Below the pieces are notes generated by a model. That model was not told the DNA's origin. It ran no database searches and worked only from the letters and a program-made list of their open reading frames with translations. Of a stretch of DNA of 42,665 nt, positions 13,451 to 24,935 are shown piece after piece. Origin of the DNA: Octopus bimaculoides (Eukaryota); NCBI RefSeq assembly GCF_001194135.2, contig NC_069010.1:9153709-9196373 (forward strand), written 5' to 3'. The translations under genes were made by a program, and so were the position numbers. The stretch's first letter is position 1; each line of letters opens with the position of its first letter.

Positions 13451-14049
13451 TAGTCATAGACCCATGACCGTTTTCAAACACAGAGGACCCCACCACTTGA
13501 CTTCCAAGCATTGCCATAAGCAACAGAAGTGAGCAAGAACGTTACACCTTAATGTGAACATATAACAGAGTTTCAGCTCAACCTGTGCCAAGTGGCTTCA
13601 CTCCACGTAAAGCTCTGTTATTAACTTTGTTGCCATAACAATAGTCCCAGAACTTACTGATCGGAGCTCATCCATAAAGTGGTGAGCAGAAGGAAACATT
13701 AGAATGCCAGAGAAAATGTCTTGTAGCATTTCATCTGTGTTGAAATTCCACTGGGGTTCAACTTCACCTTCCATCCTTGCAGGGTTCATAAAATAAGTAC
13801 CAGTTGAGTACTGGGGGGAGTCAATGTTATTGACTTAGCCCTCCCCTCAAAATTGTTGCCCTTGTGTCAAAATTTAAAACTATTATTTGGTATATGCATG
13901 TGTGTGTGTGTACCCTGTCACCGCTTGGCAACTAGCGCCAGTCAAGCCAAGTGGAACCATAGTCATGGCTGTTGCCAATGTCATGTAAATGGCACCTGTG
14001 AAACCTGTAGTAGTGGCCATTGCTGGTTTTGAATGTTGGGCCCCATGGT

Positions 14050-14330
14050 GGAGATGACAAGTGACCGAGACCTTTGGGAATATGCTGTGCTTGAGAAAAC
14101 TCATCAAACCAAGTAAAATCGTAACCATGGCCATTGCTGGTGTCATGTTAATGGCACATAAAAAGCACCCACTACCACTGTTGGAGTGGTTGGCATTAGG
14201 AAGGGCATCCAGCAGTAGAAAACCATGCCAAACCAGATTGGAACCTGGTGGAGCTCTCTGGCTTACCAGTTCCAGTCAAACCATCCAACCCATGCCAGCA
14301 TGGAAAGAGAACGTTAAATGATGATGATTT
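14050..14330 (+). mobile_element. 5'-truncated RTE LINE: ORF2 end plus 3' UTR
   Basis: EMTSDRDLWEYAVLEKTHQTK-stop runs directly into the family C tail ending gatgatgat. Confidence 0.85.
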
Positions 14331-14378
14331 ACAAAACTTTAATGGTTTCTTCATTGTCCTTTTCCTTTTCTTTTTCAG

Positions 14379-14995
14379 ATTTGGCCAAAAATGCTGCCAA
14401 GTCTAATGGGGTCTGCTCTCATGTTAACAAAGCCTTCAGCAATGATGAGGGTGACACTGCCAGAGGAGAGGCCAGCCCTGCTGAGAATGACAAGGACAGT
14501 GGCTGCACAGGGGTGGAGGTGCACGACAGTGACGATGATGATGATGATGATGAAGAAGAAGGAATTGTGAAGACAAGTTCAGCAGGAAGTGCAGCGACTT
14601 CGCTGAACTCCACAGATGACCATCACTTTGGATCGCTGGAATGCCAAGAGATGGAGAGGATGCAGAGCTACAGTGACACCAGTTGCCATGACGACAGCAA
14701 TGATACTGCTGACGTGAAAGAAGGAGAGGAGGAGGAGGAGGTGGGGAAGAAAGAGGAAGAGGGAGATAAGAGAGAGGTTGTGATGACATCACAGTCACCA
14801 CCCCCATCACCCACCTCACCACCACCACCACCACCACCCTCATCGTCACTCCACTGTCGACCGACCAGCTCCCCTCCTCCACCACCATCCCAGACTCCTG
14901 GTACATCATCACTTCCTAGCCCCGGTTCTTCCCCGTCCTCGCCAACCCGCCCAACAGTCTGCCCTCCTGCTCCCCCACCTTCAAGCTCCCCGCCA
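14379..14995 (+). CDS. Large acidic/Ser/Pro-rich exon (D)LAKNAAKSNGVCSHVNKAFSNDEGD...SSSPP, cut by a gap; probably gene X
   Basis: Very strong polypyrimidine acceptor ttcattgtccttttccttttctttttcag|. More than 200 codons open up to the gap at 14996. GC-richer than the flanks. Phase 1. Confidence 0.65.
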
Positions 14996-15094
14996 NNNNN
15001 NNNNNNNNNNNNNNNNNNNNNNNNNNNNNNNNNNNNNNNNNNNNNNNNNNNNNNNNNNNNNNNNNNNNNNNNNNNNNNNNNNNNNNNNNNNNNN
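14996..15094. other. Assembly gap (others: 9258-9320, 17317-17416, 20227-20779)
   Basis: Runs of N. Confidence 1.
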
Positions 15095-16147
15095 TTAAAA
15101 ATGTATTTTTATGTGCATGAGAGTGTGTGTGTGTTAGATATGTATATGATCATGTATGTATATGCATGTGTTTATTGTCGAAAAAAACCCCTACATTCTG
15201 CTGATTCACAATCCAAATAATGCTGCTGTTTAGCCCTAGGCTAAGTGCAATCCCACCATGACCACCTCATTTGCTTTTCTAGGCACAGGGATACATCAGG
15301 TTTCCTTCATTATTCAGAGAATTGAATACAATTAGAGGGAGAATTGGCTGCTGTTTTTAGCAGATTCCGAGACAACGTAGTAACTCCCTTATTGATTTGT
15401 ACAAGGCTATCTAAGAGTATATAACAATGTGACAGTTGGATATAGTATACGGTTATGGATATAGTGAGCCCCTATTCGTTGCCCATTCATCAGGTAAGGC
15501 CCCCTCAGACAATTCCTTCCTTAAATATTTTCATTTGTCTTGTATTTTAAAGGACCTGAACAAGTCCACTAATATTTTCAAATATTAGTGGACCAATTAA
15601 GTTGTACTGGTCATCGGGGTATTAGGGTGTGGTTTTTGTTAATAAGTAATAACATCGCACTAAGCTTTTACCCAAATTATTCTTTCATTGATTTACCCAA
15701 ACAAGTTCGCCAATCCCTTTGATGATGCCCTATTAAATAACAGTCAGCCTCTAACTTTTGACCCCTGTGATATGGACCATCCCATTAAACTCAATCAACA
15801 CCTTACCCTCACTATTTCCCCCAGAGTTTAGTATTTTTTCATTCATTTATTTATTTTTATTCATTTGTTTGCTTCTCTTAATTACTTATGCATATGATTG
15901 TAATCAATTAATAAACAGATATAAATGACTGATGTTTGTCGATTAATTATCCTCTCCATTGTCTTCTTTGCCTTATAAATCCTGGGTAAATTTCTGTTTT
16001 ACCCCTACTCATACCTTGTATTCAATTGTGATGTTGCCCTACAATAGTCAGCACTTGGATATAAATACGTAGGTATACACCCAGCAGCACATTGGGTATT
16101 TATTATCTCTTAGATGATTGCTTAACCTCTAACTCATACAAACATAG

Positions 16148-16178
<31 letters not shown>

Positions 16179-16679
16179 ACCCCACTACATGGCAATATTT
16201 ATGTATATGCATACATATAATTAAATATATATACATACTTATAAACTTTATATATATATAGTAATAATAATAAATTAGGAGCTTATATATGCTTATTCAA
16301 AACATTTCTGTAAAAATGGACTGAAAGGGCATATGTATTACATTTATATATTTGTTTTGCAAGATTCTTGATGTGAAATTGCGTTTTGAAACAATTATTG
16401 TTCTGTTTCGGGACGGTCATTTTATTTATTTATTGTTTTTTGTCAAATAAAAAGGATGCACTCTGCACTCCTGCTTTACCTTTGCATTAATATTATTCTC
16501 ATTTTAATGTCCTTTGTCTGAAATCCTTTGTCACACATCCTGTAACCTCTGAGGAGACTAAAGAACAATAGCAAAGCTGACGTGGAGGAGGACAAGTATA
16601 TATAATGCATGTTTATTTGGCAGGAAAAAAACAAAGCAAAAACATCTCGAAATATAACAATATATGCGAATGGATAATG

Positions 16680-16920
16680 GTATGTTTGCACTTAGTGACT
16701 ATGGAAAATGAATGGGAAACGGAGAGTCTAGCAAACAGTGAACCAATTGAGGGACTGGCCATTAGAGTTGATAGCAGCATAGTAGATAAGGCAATTAAAG
16801 CAATTAAGGACAGAGAAAGCCCCTGGGCCATCGGGAATCACTGCCGAGATGATTGAACGTTAAGACGTTTAGCTGGTATTTTTAGCATAACGATCTTTCT
16901 GGTGACACTTTCATTGCTTG
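16680..16920 (+). mobile_element. Decayed RTE-like LINE ORF2 fragment (pre-RT region)
   Basis: MENEWETESLANSEPIEGLAIRVDSSIVDKAIKAIKDRESP...GNHCRDD resembles the ENEW...VEGP...KAI..MK.GKAPG.SGI.AEML segment of RTE ORF2. Confidence 0.65.
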
Positions 16921-17721
16921 CGGTTTCAGTAGAAAATGAAACAAATATGGAAGACTTATTCCGAAACACCCCCGAGTGGGGAACGCTCCTCAAAAGTAAC
17001 CCCCAAAATTCTCTCTACAGAGTCTGAGGTATATTTGTAGAAAAATTTATTAAAAAATATCTATTTTCTTGAAAGTTAAGACAAATTGAAGTGGACACCG
17101 GTGAATTTTCCGAATTCCCACCCTGCAAGTTTTATATATTCGGAATGTCCTTGATATAGCAGGTATTTGTAGAAAATTTCTTGAAAAATATCCATTTTTC
17201 TGAAAGCTATGATTATGCAAAGTCTGGTGGGGCAGGAATCTGTAGTTATGCCGGTATCGACGAATACGAACCAACCGATAAAGATGAATAACAGTAAGAT
17301 TTATTGGAGCATTAAANNNNNNNNNNNNNNNNNNNNNNNNNNNNNNNNNNNNNNNNNNNNNNNNNNNNNNNNNNNNNNNNNNNNNNNNNNNNNNNNNNNN
17401 NNNNNNNNNNNNNNNNGCAGACCATCGCAATCGGCCCCTTATCATCATCTCCCTCCACTGCTCAATAATAAGTGATCTTATTTCTATGACAGAAACACTG
17501 TTTAGTTATGTTAGTGGTGGGTATAGGAAGGTAGGTGGGTAGATGTGTTATAGAGAGAGAAAGAGTGTGTGTGAGGGAAGAACTACAGACAGAGAGAGAG
17601 AGAGAGGAGGAGAGAAAGAGTGAGACAGGCAGATAGAGAGAAGGGAGGGTGTTATAGACATAGATAGGGAGAGGAAGAAGAGAGAGATAGACATATATAG
17701 AGGGAAGAGAAAGACAGAGAG

Positions 17722-18604
17722 TGTAGTGGCATGAAATTATAGCCGCCGGAAGCCCCTCGTGTTGCGCATGCGTAGTAAAACTGGTACTTAAAGGGTTGGT
17801 TTCACTTTGAGAGCGAGTTGAGCTGAGACCTTCTACGTGACAACACCTCGCTCCTCCACGAAGTACTTTTACACTGTTCTCTGGCAGGTATCAAGGAAGC
17901 CCTTATCCTTCCTTGATGCCTGCCAGAGAAGGTCTCAACTCAACTCGCTCTCAAAGTGAAACCAACCCTTTAAGTACCAGTTTTACTACGCATGCGCAGA
18001 ATAGTACTTCCTCAATTTCGCGCCACTACAATGGCTCCCCCCCCTAGTACGTAGCACGAATAAGGAAAGGATTGTAGTAGGCACCTGAAACAAGATGCGG
18101 CTGTAGATATACAATGAAAAAGATATACAACGTGCTTATCACCAGATTCCAGTTAATCCAGAGGACATTCCCAAAACTGTCATCACTTCTCCTTTTGGCT
18201 GTTTTGAATTTCTTTTTATGAGCTCCCGTCTGCGGAATGCGACAAGCACTTTCCAACGATTTATAGATGAAGGTTTTTTTGTGGATTTGATATTGTATTC
18301 GCTAGTGATACAAACGGGAATCATCTCCACCATTTATCACAACTTTTTCAGCGACTCCGCGCATATAATGTGCACACTGTCTTCTAAAACAGACAAACTC
18401 TCTCCCCTGTGTTTGCCGTCACCTGGACTATATTTCGAGTTGCGCATGCATAGTAAAACTGGTACTTAAAGGGTTGGTTTCACTTTGAGAGCGAGTTGAG
18501 CTGAGACCTTCTACGTAACAACACCTCGCTCCTCCATGAAGCACTTTTACACTGTTCTCTGGCAGGCATCAAGGAAGCCCTTAACCTTCCATTACCAAAA
18601 TACA
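17722..18604. mobile_element. Rearranged Ty3/Gypsy remnant: LTR, inverted LTR + PPT, RT fragment, LTR
   Basis: TGTAGTGGC at 17722 and GCCACTACA ending at 18030. Reverse-complement polypurine tract at 18031-18045. RT fragment [27 protein letters not shown]...FQRFIDE / [15 protein letters not shown] at 18131-18366. Direct repeat 17761-17912 / 18439-18590. Confidence 0.85.
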
Positions 18605-19425
18605 ACTTAATCAGCGGCTGCTAAGCTGAATGACAGGAATTGTGAAACCAAGCATCATCATAAATAAAACCTTTTTATTATGCTGTTAATTGTTCTAATG
18701 TCTCTTCATATATAATGCTGTTGAAAGGTGATAGAGAGAGACCAAAGTCTCTATCACTACTATCAAACTTTTACACGAACCATTTACAAGAGAAAGGGTG
18801 GCGTGGGAGAAAGGCCCGGAGTAAGAAGAAGAAGGGTGATGGTATCAGTTTGAGATTAACAGGTGGTGGTGACACGGAAAGCGCGATAGAGTCAGAAATA
18901 TAGGGAGAACCCTAAGGCGTAAGCAGTAGGAAGAAGGATAGTAGTATCAGGTGGGGAGGAATGGAGGAGCGAGAGTTGGAGGGAAATACAATGTAAACAG
19001 AGAGAGAGAGAGAGAGAAACAAAGCGATGATAGAGTAATAGATAGAGAAGGGAAGAGAAGTAGGAGAGAAAAGTAAGGTAGAAAGAGTTAAAGTTAGAGA
19101 AAGCAAGATGTGAAAGAGTAATAGTTACATAGAAAGGGGGGAAAGAGAAAGGTGTGTGTGAAGAGAGAGAACGATATAAAAGAAAGATTAAATAACAGAG
19201 AGAGGGGAAAGAAAACGAAAGAGAAAAAGAAGCAAACTGAGAGAAAGAGAGTGTGTGAGTGGACATTGAAGAACACAAGTATTCTGTTGTCACTGAAAGA
19301 GTTGTCTGTCACCATTGTGGATCTGGAATTGGTCGAGCATTGAACGAAGTGCCTTGTGATGTATAGTTACATCCCTAAACTCCATTGAAGTCAACTTCGC
19401 CTTTCAGCCTTTTAATGAGAAGTTT

Positions 19426-19707
19426 TTGATAAAATAAAGTAGCTGTGATATACTGGGGTAGATTTAATATTCCTCTAAAACATCTGAGATGTCGATGGAA
19501 TTATTATAGAAGACTAACACTAACTTTACCTTTCATTGTTGTGGGGTTGATAAAATAAAGTAGCTGTGATATACTGGGGTAGATTTAATATTTCTATAAA
19601 ACATCCAAGATGTCAATGGAATTATTATAGAAGACTAACACTAACTTCACCATTCATAGTTGTGGGGTTGATAAAATAAAGTAGCTATGATATACTGGGG
19701 TAGAATT
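19426..19707 (+). repeat. 121-bp tandem repeat, ~2.3 copies, derived from the SINE B centre
   Basis: ttgataaaataaagtagct recurs at 19426, 19547 and 19668. Confidence 0.9.
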
Positions 19708-20185
19708 ATGTTTTGGATTAATATCTGTCAAATGAATGTTTATGTAATCACATAGTTTTGGATTAATCACGCATTATTTTGTAACTTTGATATTTCAATG
19801 ATGTGTAGTTGTATCTAAAAGACAAATCAAGCCAAGTGATGCACGGTTATTCTAGTCAGAAGAATCTTCAACTGCAAAGGGGTGTCTAGTAAATATGGTA
19901 TATTATTATTATTATTATTATTATTAATAGTTTAGCCTTACAAAGTGTGAAAAAGTATATATTGCCACGAAAATACCATCAAAAATCGCGGACAATATTT
20001 ACGATTCCACAAATAAGCAGGGGTACACTATATACATATATATATATATACACTATATACATCTATAAAACATATATATATACACTATATACATATATAA
20101 AACACACATATATATATATATATATACACTATATACATATATAAAACACGCATATATATATATATACACTATATACATATATAAA

Positions 20186-20226
<41 letters not shown>

Positions 20227-20779
20227 NNNNNNNNNNNNNNNNNNNNNNNNNNNNNNNNNNNNNNNNNNNNNNNNNNNNNNNNNNNNNNNNNNNNNNNNNN
20301 NNNNNNNNNNNNNNNNNNNNNNNNNNNNNNNNNNNNNNNNNNNNNNNNNNNNNNNNNNNNNNNNNNNNNNNNNNNNNNNNNNNNNNNNNNNNNNNNNNNN
20401 NNNNNNNNNNNNNNNNNNNNNNNNNNNNNNNNNNNNNNNNNNNNNNNNNNNNNNNNNNNNNNNNNNNNNNNNNNNNNNNNNNNNNNNNNNNNNNNNNNNN
20501 NNNNNNNNNNNNNNNNNNNNNNNNNNNNNNNNNNNNNNNNNNNNNNNNNNNNNNNNNNNNNNNNNNNNNNNNNNNNNNNNNNNNNNNNNNNNNNNNNNNN
20601 NNNNNNNNNNNNNNNNNNNNNNNNNNNNNNNNNNNNNNNNNNNNNNNNNNNNNNNNNNNNNNNNNNNNNNNNNNNNNNNNNNNNNNNNNNNNNNNNNNNN
20701 NNNNNNNNNNNNNNNNNNNNNNNNNNNNNNNNNNNNNNNNNNNNNNNNNNNNNNNNNNNNNNNNNNNNNNNNNNNNNNN

Positions 20780-20934
20780 ATCTTTAGTCCCTTAAGATAT
20801 AAAGACTGGGAAAGCCCCTGGCCCATCAGCAATTTCTGTTGAGCTAACGAAGGTGTTCGATTCACGGTGCTTTGTGAAGAATCAAGTTCTACAGACATTG
20901 TACAAGTGCTTCTGCTTGACTGTTGTTCAGCCAT
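20780..20934 (-). CDS. Candidate first coding segment of a divergent gene: MAEQQSSRSTCTMSVELDSSQSTVNRTPSLAQQKLLMGQGLSQSLYLKGLK, running into the 553-nt gap
   Basis: ATG in good context (gaaATGG), open to the gap, non-repetitive; plausible minus-strand acceptor near 21136. No homology recognised. Confidence 0.3.
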
Positions 20935-22094
20935 TTCAAGCACACGGACACCCGCACACACACACACACACAGACACACGTGCACACACACACGTGCGCA
21001 CAGCCAGCCCACCTGTTCTGATGTGTACCTTAACAATCCTTTCTGGTAGAGGCACAAGACCTGAAATTCCTGGGAAGGGTGCTCGTTGATAACATGAAGG
21101 CCGACCCCAGCCCTGGTCCTCAACTCCTCCTTCCTTTATCAATCCGCAAAAGAACCAAAATACAAAGTTAGCCTCAGCAGAATTTGAACTGAGAAAGTAA
21201 AACTTTTTGTTGAGGTTGATGTTAATATCTTTGTAAAACAAATTACATGCAATTTTCATCCAGCAGACTAACGGTTCTACAGTCTAAAGATTCTGCAAAC
21301 TAATGATTTTGCTGGCTAATTATTTAACAGGCTAAACGTTCTGCAGGCTCATTGCTTTAATGTTCAACTTAATAAGGGCAATCATTTTCTTCAATTCTTC
21401 TTGAGAAGAAGTATGAACCTTTGAAACCGTTGATCAAGGTTTCAAATCAGATGTAGCTTCATCTCTGAGAAAATCATCACACATGGGTAGGATGGCTTGA
21501 CAGGAGCTACTCAGCCAGAGCTGGCCAGACTCCAGTTGTCTCTTGTAGCATGGCTGGATGCCCTTCCTCATTGCAACCACTTTACAGAGTGGCACTGGGT
21601 GATTTATATGTGCCACTGGCACAGGTATGTTTATACTACTCCAGTATGAGTGCATTTTATGCACCATCGTCACCTGGAAAGGACAGGCCTGTATGTATGG
21701 AAAACTGCTGGGAGCAGTGCCTTATGTAATCAATTGAAGGGTTGGCTTCTCCCTTTTTTGGTTTTTCAGCAATCTAAGCGAGAGCATCATCTGAAAGGGA
21801 CACTACAGTTCTTACCTTTTCTTCTTCTCTGCCTACACACAACTTCCAAAGCACACTAAGAAGGTGTGAGCAACACACATTGTGTCATTGTTACTAAAAA
21901 TGACTACTGCTATTCTTGTGTTACTAACCACTGCTGGCAAATAAAATTTATGAATATTTTTCTTTTCTCATCATTGTTGTTATTACACTGTCTCATTCTA
22001 CTTTCAACCCTCTACATATGGCGACCCTGATGTGTACTTTAGAATCATATTTGGTGACCCTACACACATCCGTTACATAATTACATATACATAC

Positions 22095-22153
<59 letters not shown>

Positions 22154-22156
<3 letters not shown>

Positions 22157-22359
22157 CTTCAATATACCACGACGTCTAAAAAACTTTTGAACTTTTCCAC
22201 TTTTGTAAACCTCCTTTATCATCCTTTTTTATTCTTTCTGTTGAAGAGCGTAGCTCGAAACGTCAAAGACTTTCCGTATTCCCGAGCGTCATACTAATAT
22301 ATACTTTTGTTATTTACACCACCTGTCCTCGTCTGTTGTTATTATTTGTATATTCTCCC
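22154..22359 (+). mobile_element. Penelope-like pseudo-LTR fragment between (TA)n tracts, with a minimal hammerhead-like motif
   Basis: tctttCTGTTGAagagcgtagctcGAAACGTCaaaga at 22233-22269 matches the CTGANGA...GAAACGTC pattern of Penelope LTR hammerheads, except for A6U. Confidence 0.55.
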
Positions 22360-22837
22360 ATATATATATATATGTATATATCAAAATAAGCAACAGGATA
22401 TCAAGTAGTAATGCAGTATGACCATTTCAAATGGCTCTATTTAATTGAACAAGGCAATCATTACATCAACTTAAATGCAATGCCATCTTCAGCTGCACAA
22501 AGAAATAAATGGAATTTTAACAAGTTGGACACATTAATATATATATATACACACACACATCTAATCAGCTAACCCTAACTCTAATGTTTTCTCACATGAA
22601 ATCGAAAGGTAACCTAATCTTTCAGTCTTTCTAAAACAAAATAAAATAGAACTAAAATTTAAGGGTTTTCTGTTGGCAGGTTTTAATTGCAATCCTTCAT
22701 TTCAGAGTTTCGAATCCCGAAGAGCTCGGCTTTACTTTTCATCCTTCCGGAGATCGATATGACCGATTTTACCCCACCACCCCCAACCTACAATTTCAGT
22801 CCTTGTGCCTGTATTAGAAGCAATTATTATTATTTCT

Positions 22838-23170
22838 TTTATGTCTTGTTTCAGTCACTGAATCGTCATCCTGCTGAATAAATCGATTCCAACGCGTTTC
22901 TTAAAGCTTGGAACTTATTCTATTAGTGTCTTTTGTCGAGCCACTAAGTTACAGAGACATAAAGAAACCAACACCGGTTGTGAAGCAGTGGTAGGGGGTC
23001 AAACACATTCATACGTCCATACATACATACATACATATGATGAGCTTCTTTCAGTTTCCATCTACCTAATCCACCCGCAAGGCTTTAATCCACCCGCCGA
23101 AGGTGTCACACGGTGGGACTGAACTCGGAATCGAGTGATTAGGAAGCGAACTTCTTACGGCACAGCAATG
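22838..23170 (-). mobile_element. SINE family A. Further copies: 26890-27275(+), 28605-28760(+), 31110-31240(+), 31670-31745(-), 34140-34510(-), 35490-35690(-)
   Basis: Reverse complement of the head/centre/tail seen at 7085-7465. Confidence 0.8.
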
Positions 23171-23639
23171 CTTTATGTTTTTTATTTTTTTAAAGGGAGA
23201 TTTTAGATTTAATTGAGTTCGTTTTGCCCTGTATATGAAAATTTATTTCGATTCCTGAGATTATAAACGGTATATTCATCATAGTTAAGATGTGTCTTAA
23301 CTGATATTACTACTCTACCAGCAGCTGCAGCAACAATTGTTGCAACTTCAACGCAGAGACTCTACTCTCCCTTTTCCCCGTTGCAACAACTGCTGGTTCT
23401 TCACATCAACTGCAGCTCACACAGACACACATGTCCGTACACTAAAGCACATACACACACACAGAGGTATATATGCTTACGCAGAAAAATTACACTACAA
23501 CACACACATACATACAAAGAGAAATTCGTACATACATTAAAAACACGCACACACAGTGAAAGACATACACACAGAAAGTGTACATATACTTATATACACT
23601 AAAACGTATATACACACACACTGATACACACATACACAC

Positions 23640-23997
23640 ACACTTCCTAATTTGTCTCCGCCACCGCCACGCGCAATCTATAATGCACCTCCAACCCTCA
23701 TTACTTTACTGTTGCTTCTCTCACCGCTACTCTAGCTACCACGACTGCACTATTAACTACCACCACCACTAATATTACTACTACTATTACTAACATTACT
23801 GCTGCTACTACTACTACTACTACCATTACGACACTTCAGTTATTTTTGTTTTCTTATGTTTTGTGTATGTTTTTAGGTGTTTTTTTATTTTTATTTCTTT
23901 ATATCTTCAAGTGGTGGCAACCTCTCCGACGAAAGGAGTCGCCAATGCTACTGGCTTCCTGTTTCTTATCGTCTGATTAAGGAGAAAGAGAGAGAGA

Positions 23998-24032
<35 letters not shown>

Positions 24033-24875
24033 AAAAGAGCGTGTGATGGAGATGAGAACATCGTCTGATTATGGAAAGAGAGAGAAGAATAGAAGATGGG
24101 AGAAAGATAGATTAAAATAGGGGTAGAGAAAGAGAGAGGAAGAAAGACAGAGATAGATAGAGAAATAAGAGAAAAAAAGCTAACATAGGGAAGGGAAAAA
24201 GAAAGAAAAACTGATAAAGAGAGGAGGAGGAGGAGGAGAAAACAAGAAATATTTATTTATTCATTTTTTCTGTTTTATTTTAATTCTGTCGCCGAGAATT
24301 GTCAAACGTTGTTGTTATGGTGGCGATGGCGGTGATATCATTATTATTATTATATTATTTATATTAAGAATATCATTATTATTGTAGTGGAGGAGGAGGA
24401 CGACGTAGTGGCGGTGGTGGCGGAGGCGGCAAAAGAAGAGAAAGAGAAAATGGTCGTCGTGGGAATGGTGAGGGTGGCGGCGGTGGTGTTGGTGGTGGCA
24501 GTGGAGGCGGCAGCGGCAACGATGCTGTAGGAGGAAGAAGAGGAGAAGGAGTAACCCGTCGTCGTGGTAGTGTAGTAGCGGTGGCGGCGGTGGGAGGAGG
24601 AAGAAAAGATCATCGTGGTAGTGGCGGTGAAGAAGAAGAAGGAGGAGGAGGAGGTTGTCGTCGTCATAGTAGTCGAAGCGGCAGTCACAGTCGCAGTGGT
24701 GTGTGCAGTGGCAGTCGTCGTCGTAGCAGTGATAGTGTTGGTGTTGTTGGTAGTGGTAGTAGTAGTAGTGGTAGTGGTAGTGGTGGTGGCGGCGGCGGCG
24801 GTGTTGGTGGAGGTGGCGGTGGTGAACGTCGTCATCGCGGTGGTCGAGTCTCGCTGTCTCCTCTGCTGCGCGACC
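23640..24875 (+). promoter_or_regulatory. NF1: Probable NF1 promoter / 5' leader with (GA)n and GC-rich trinucleotide repeats
   Basis: Locally CpG-rich and immediately upstream of the NF1 ATG. The TSS cannot be placed from sequence alone. Confidence 0.5.
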
Positions 24876-24935
24876 ATGGCCTCACAGAAACCTGGAGAAT
24901 GGGTGCAGTCTCTCATAGCCAGGTTTGATGCACAG
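24876..24935 (+). CDS. NF1: Neurofibromin coding exon 1: MASQKPGEWVQSLIARFDAQ
   Basis: Matches human MAAHRPVEWVQAVVSRFDEQ. 60 nt as in human; accATGG context; donor CAG|gtaaga. Confidence 0.97.

Noticed and set aside
15436-15493. Possible exon LDIVYGYGYSEPLFVAHSS with strong donor CAG|gtaagg
   Set aside because: The acceptor has no polypyrimidine tract, and the adjacent gap prevents a phase check.
17025-17210. ~50-nt degenerate direct repeat (tatttgtagaaaa...gaaag)
   Set aside because: Only two AT-rich copies next to a gap; origin cannot be assigned.
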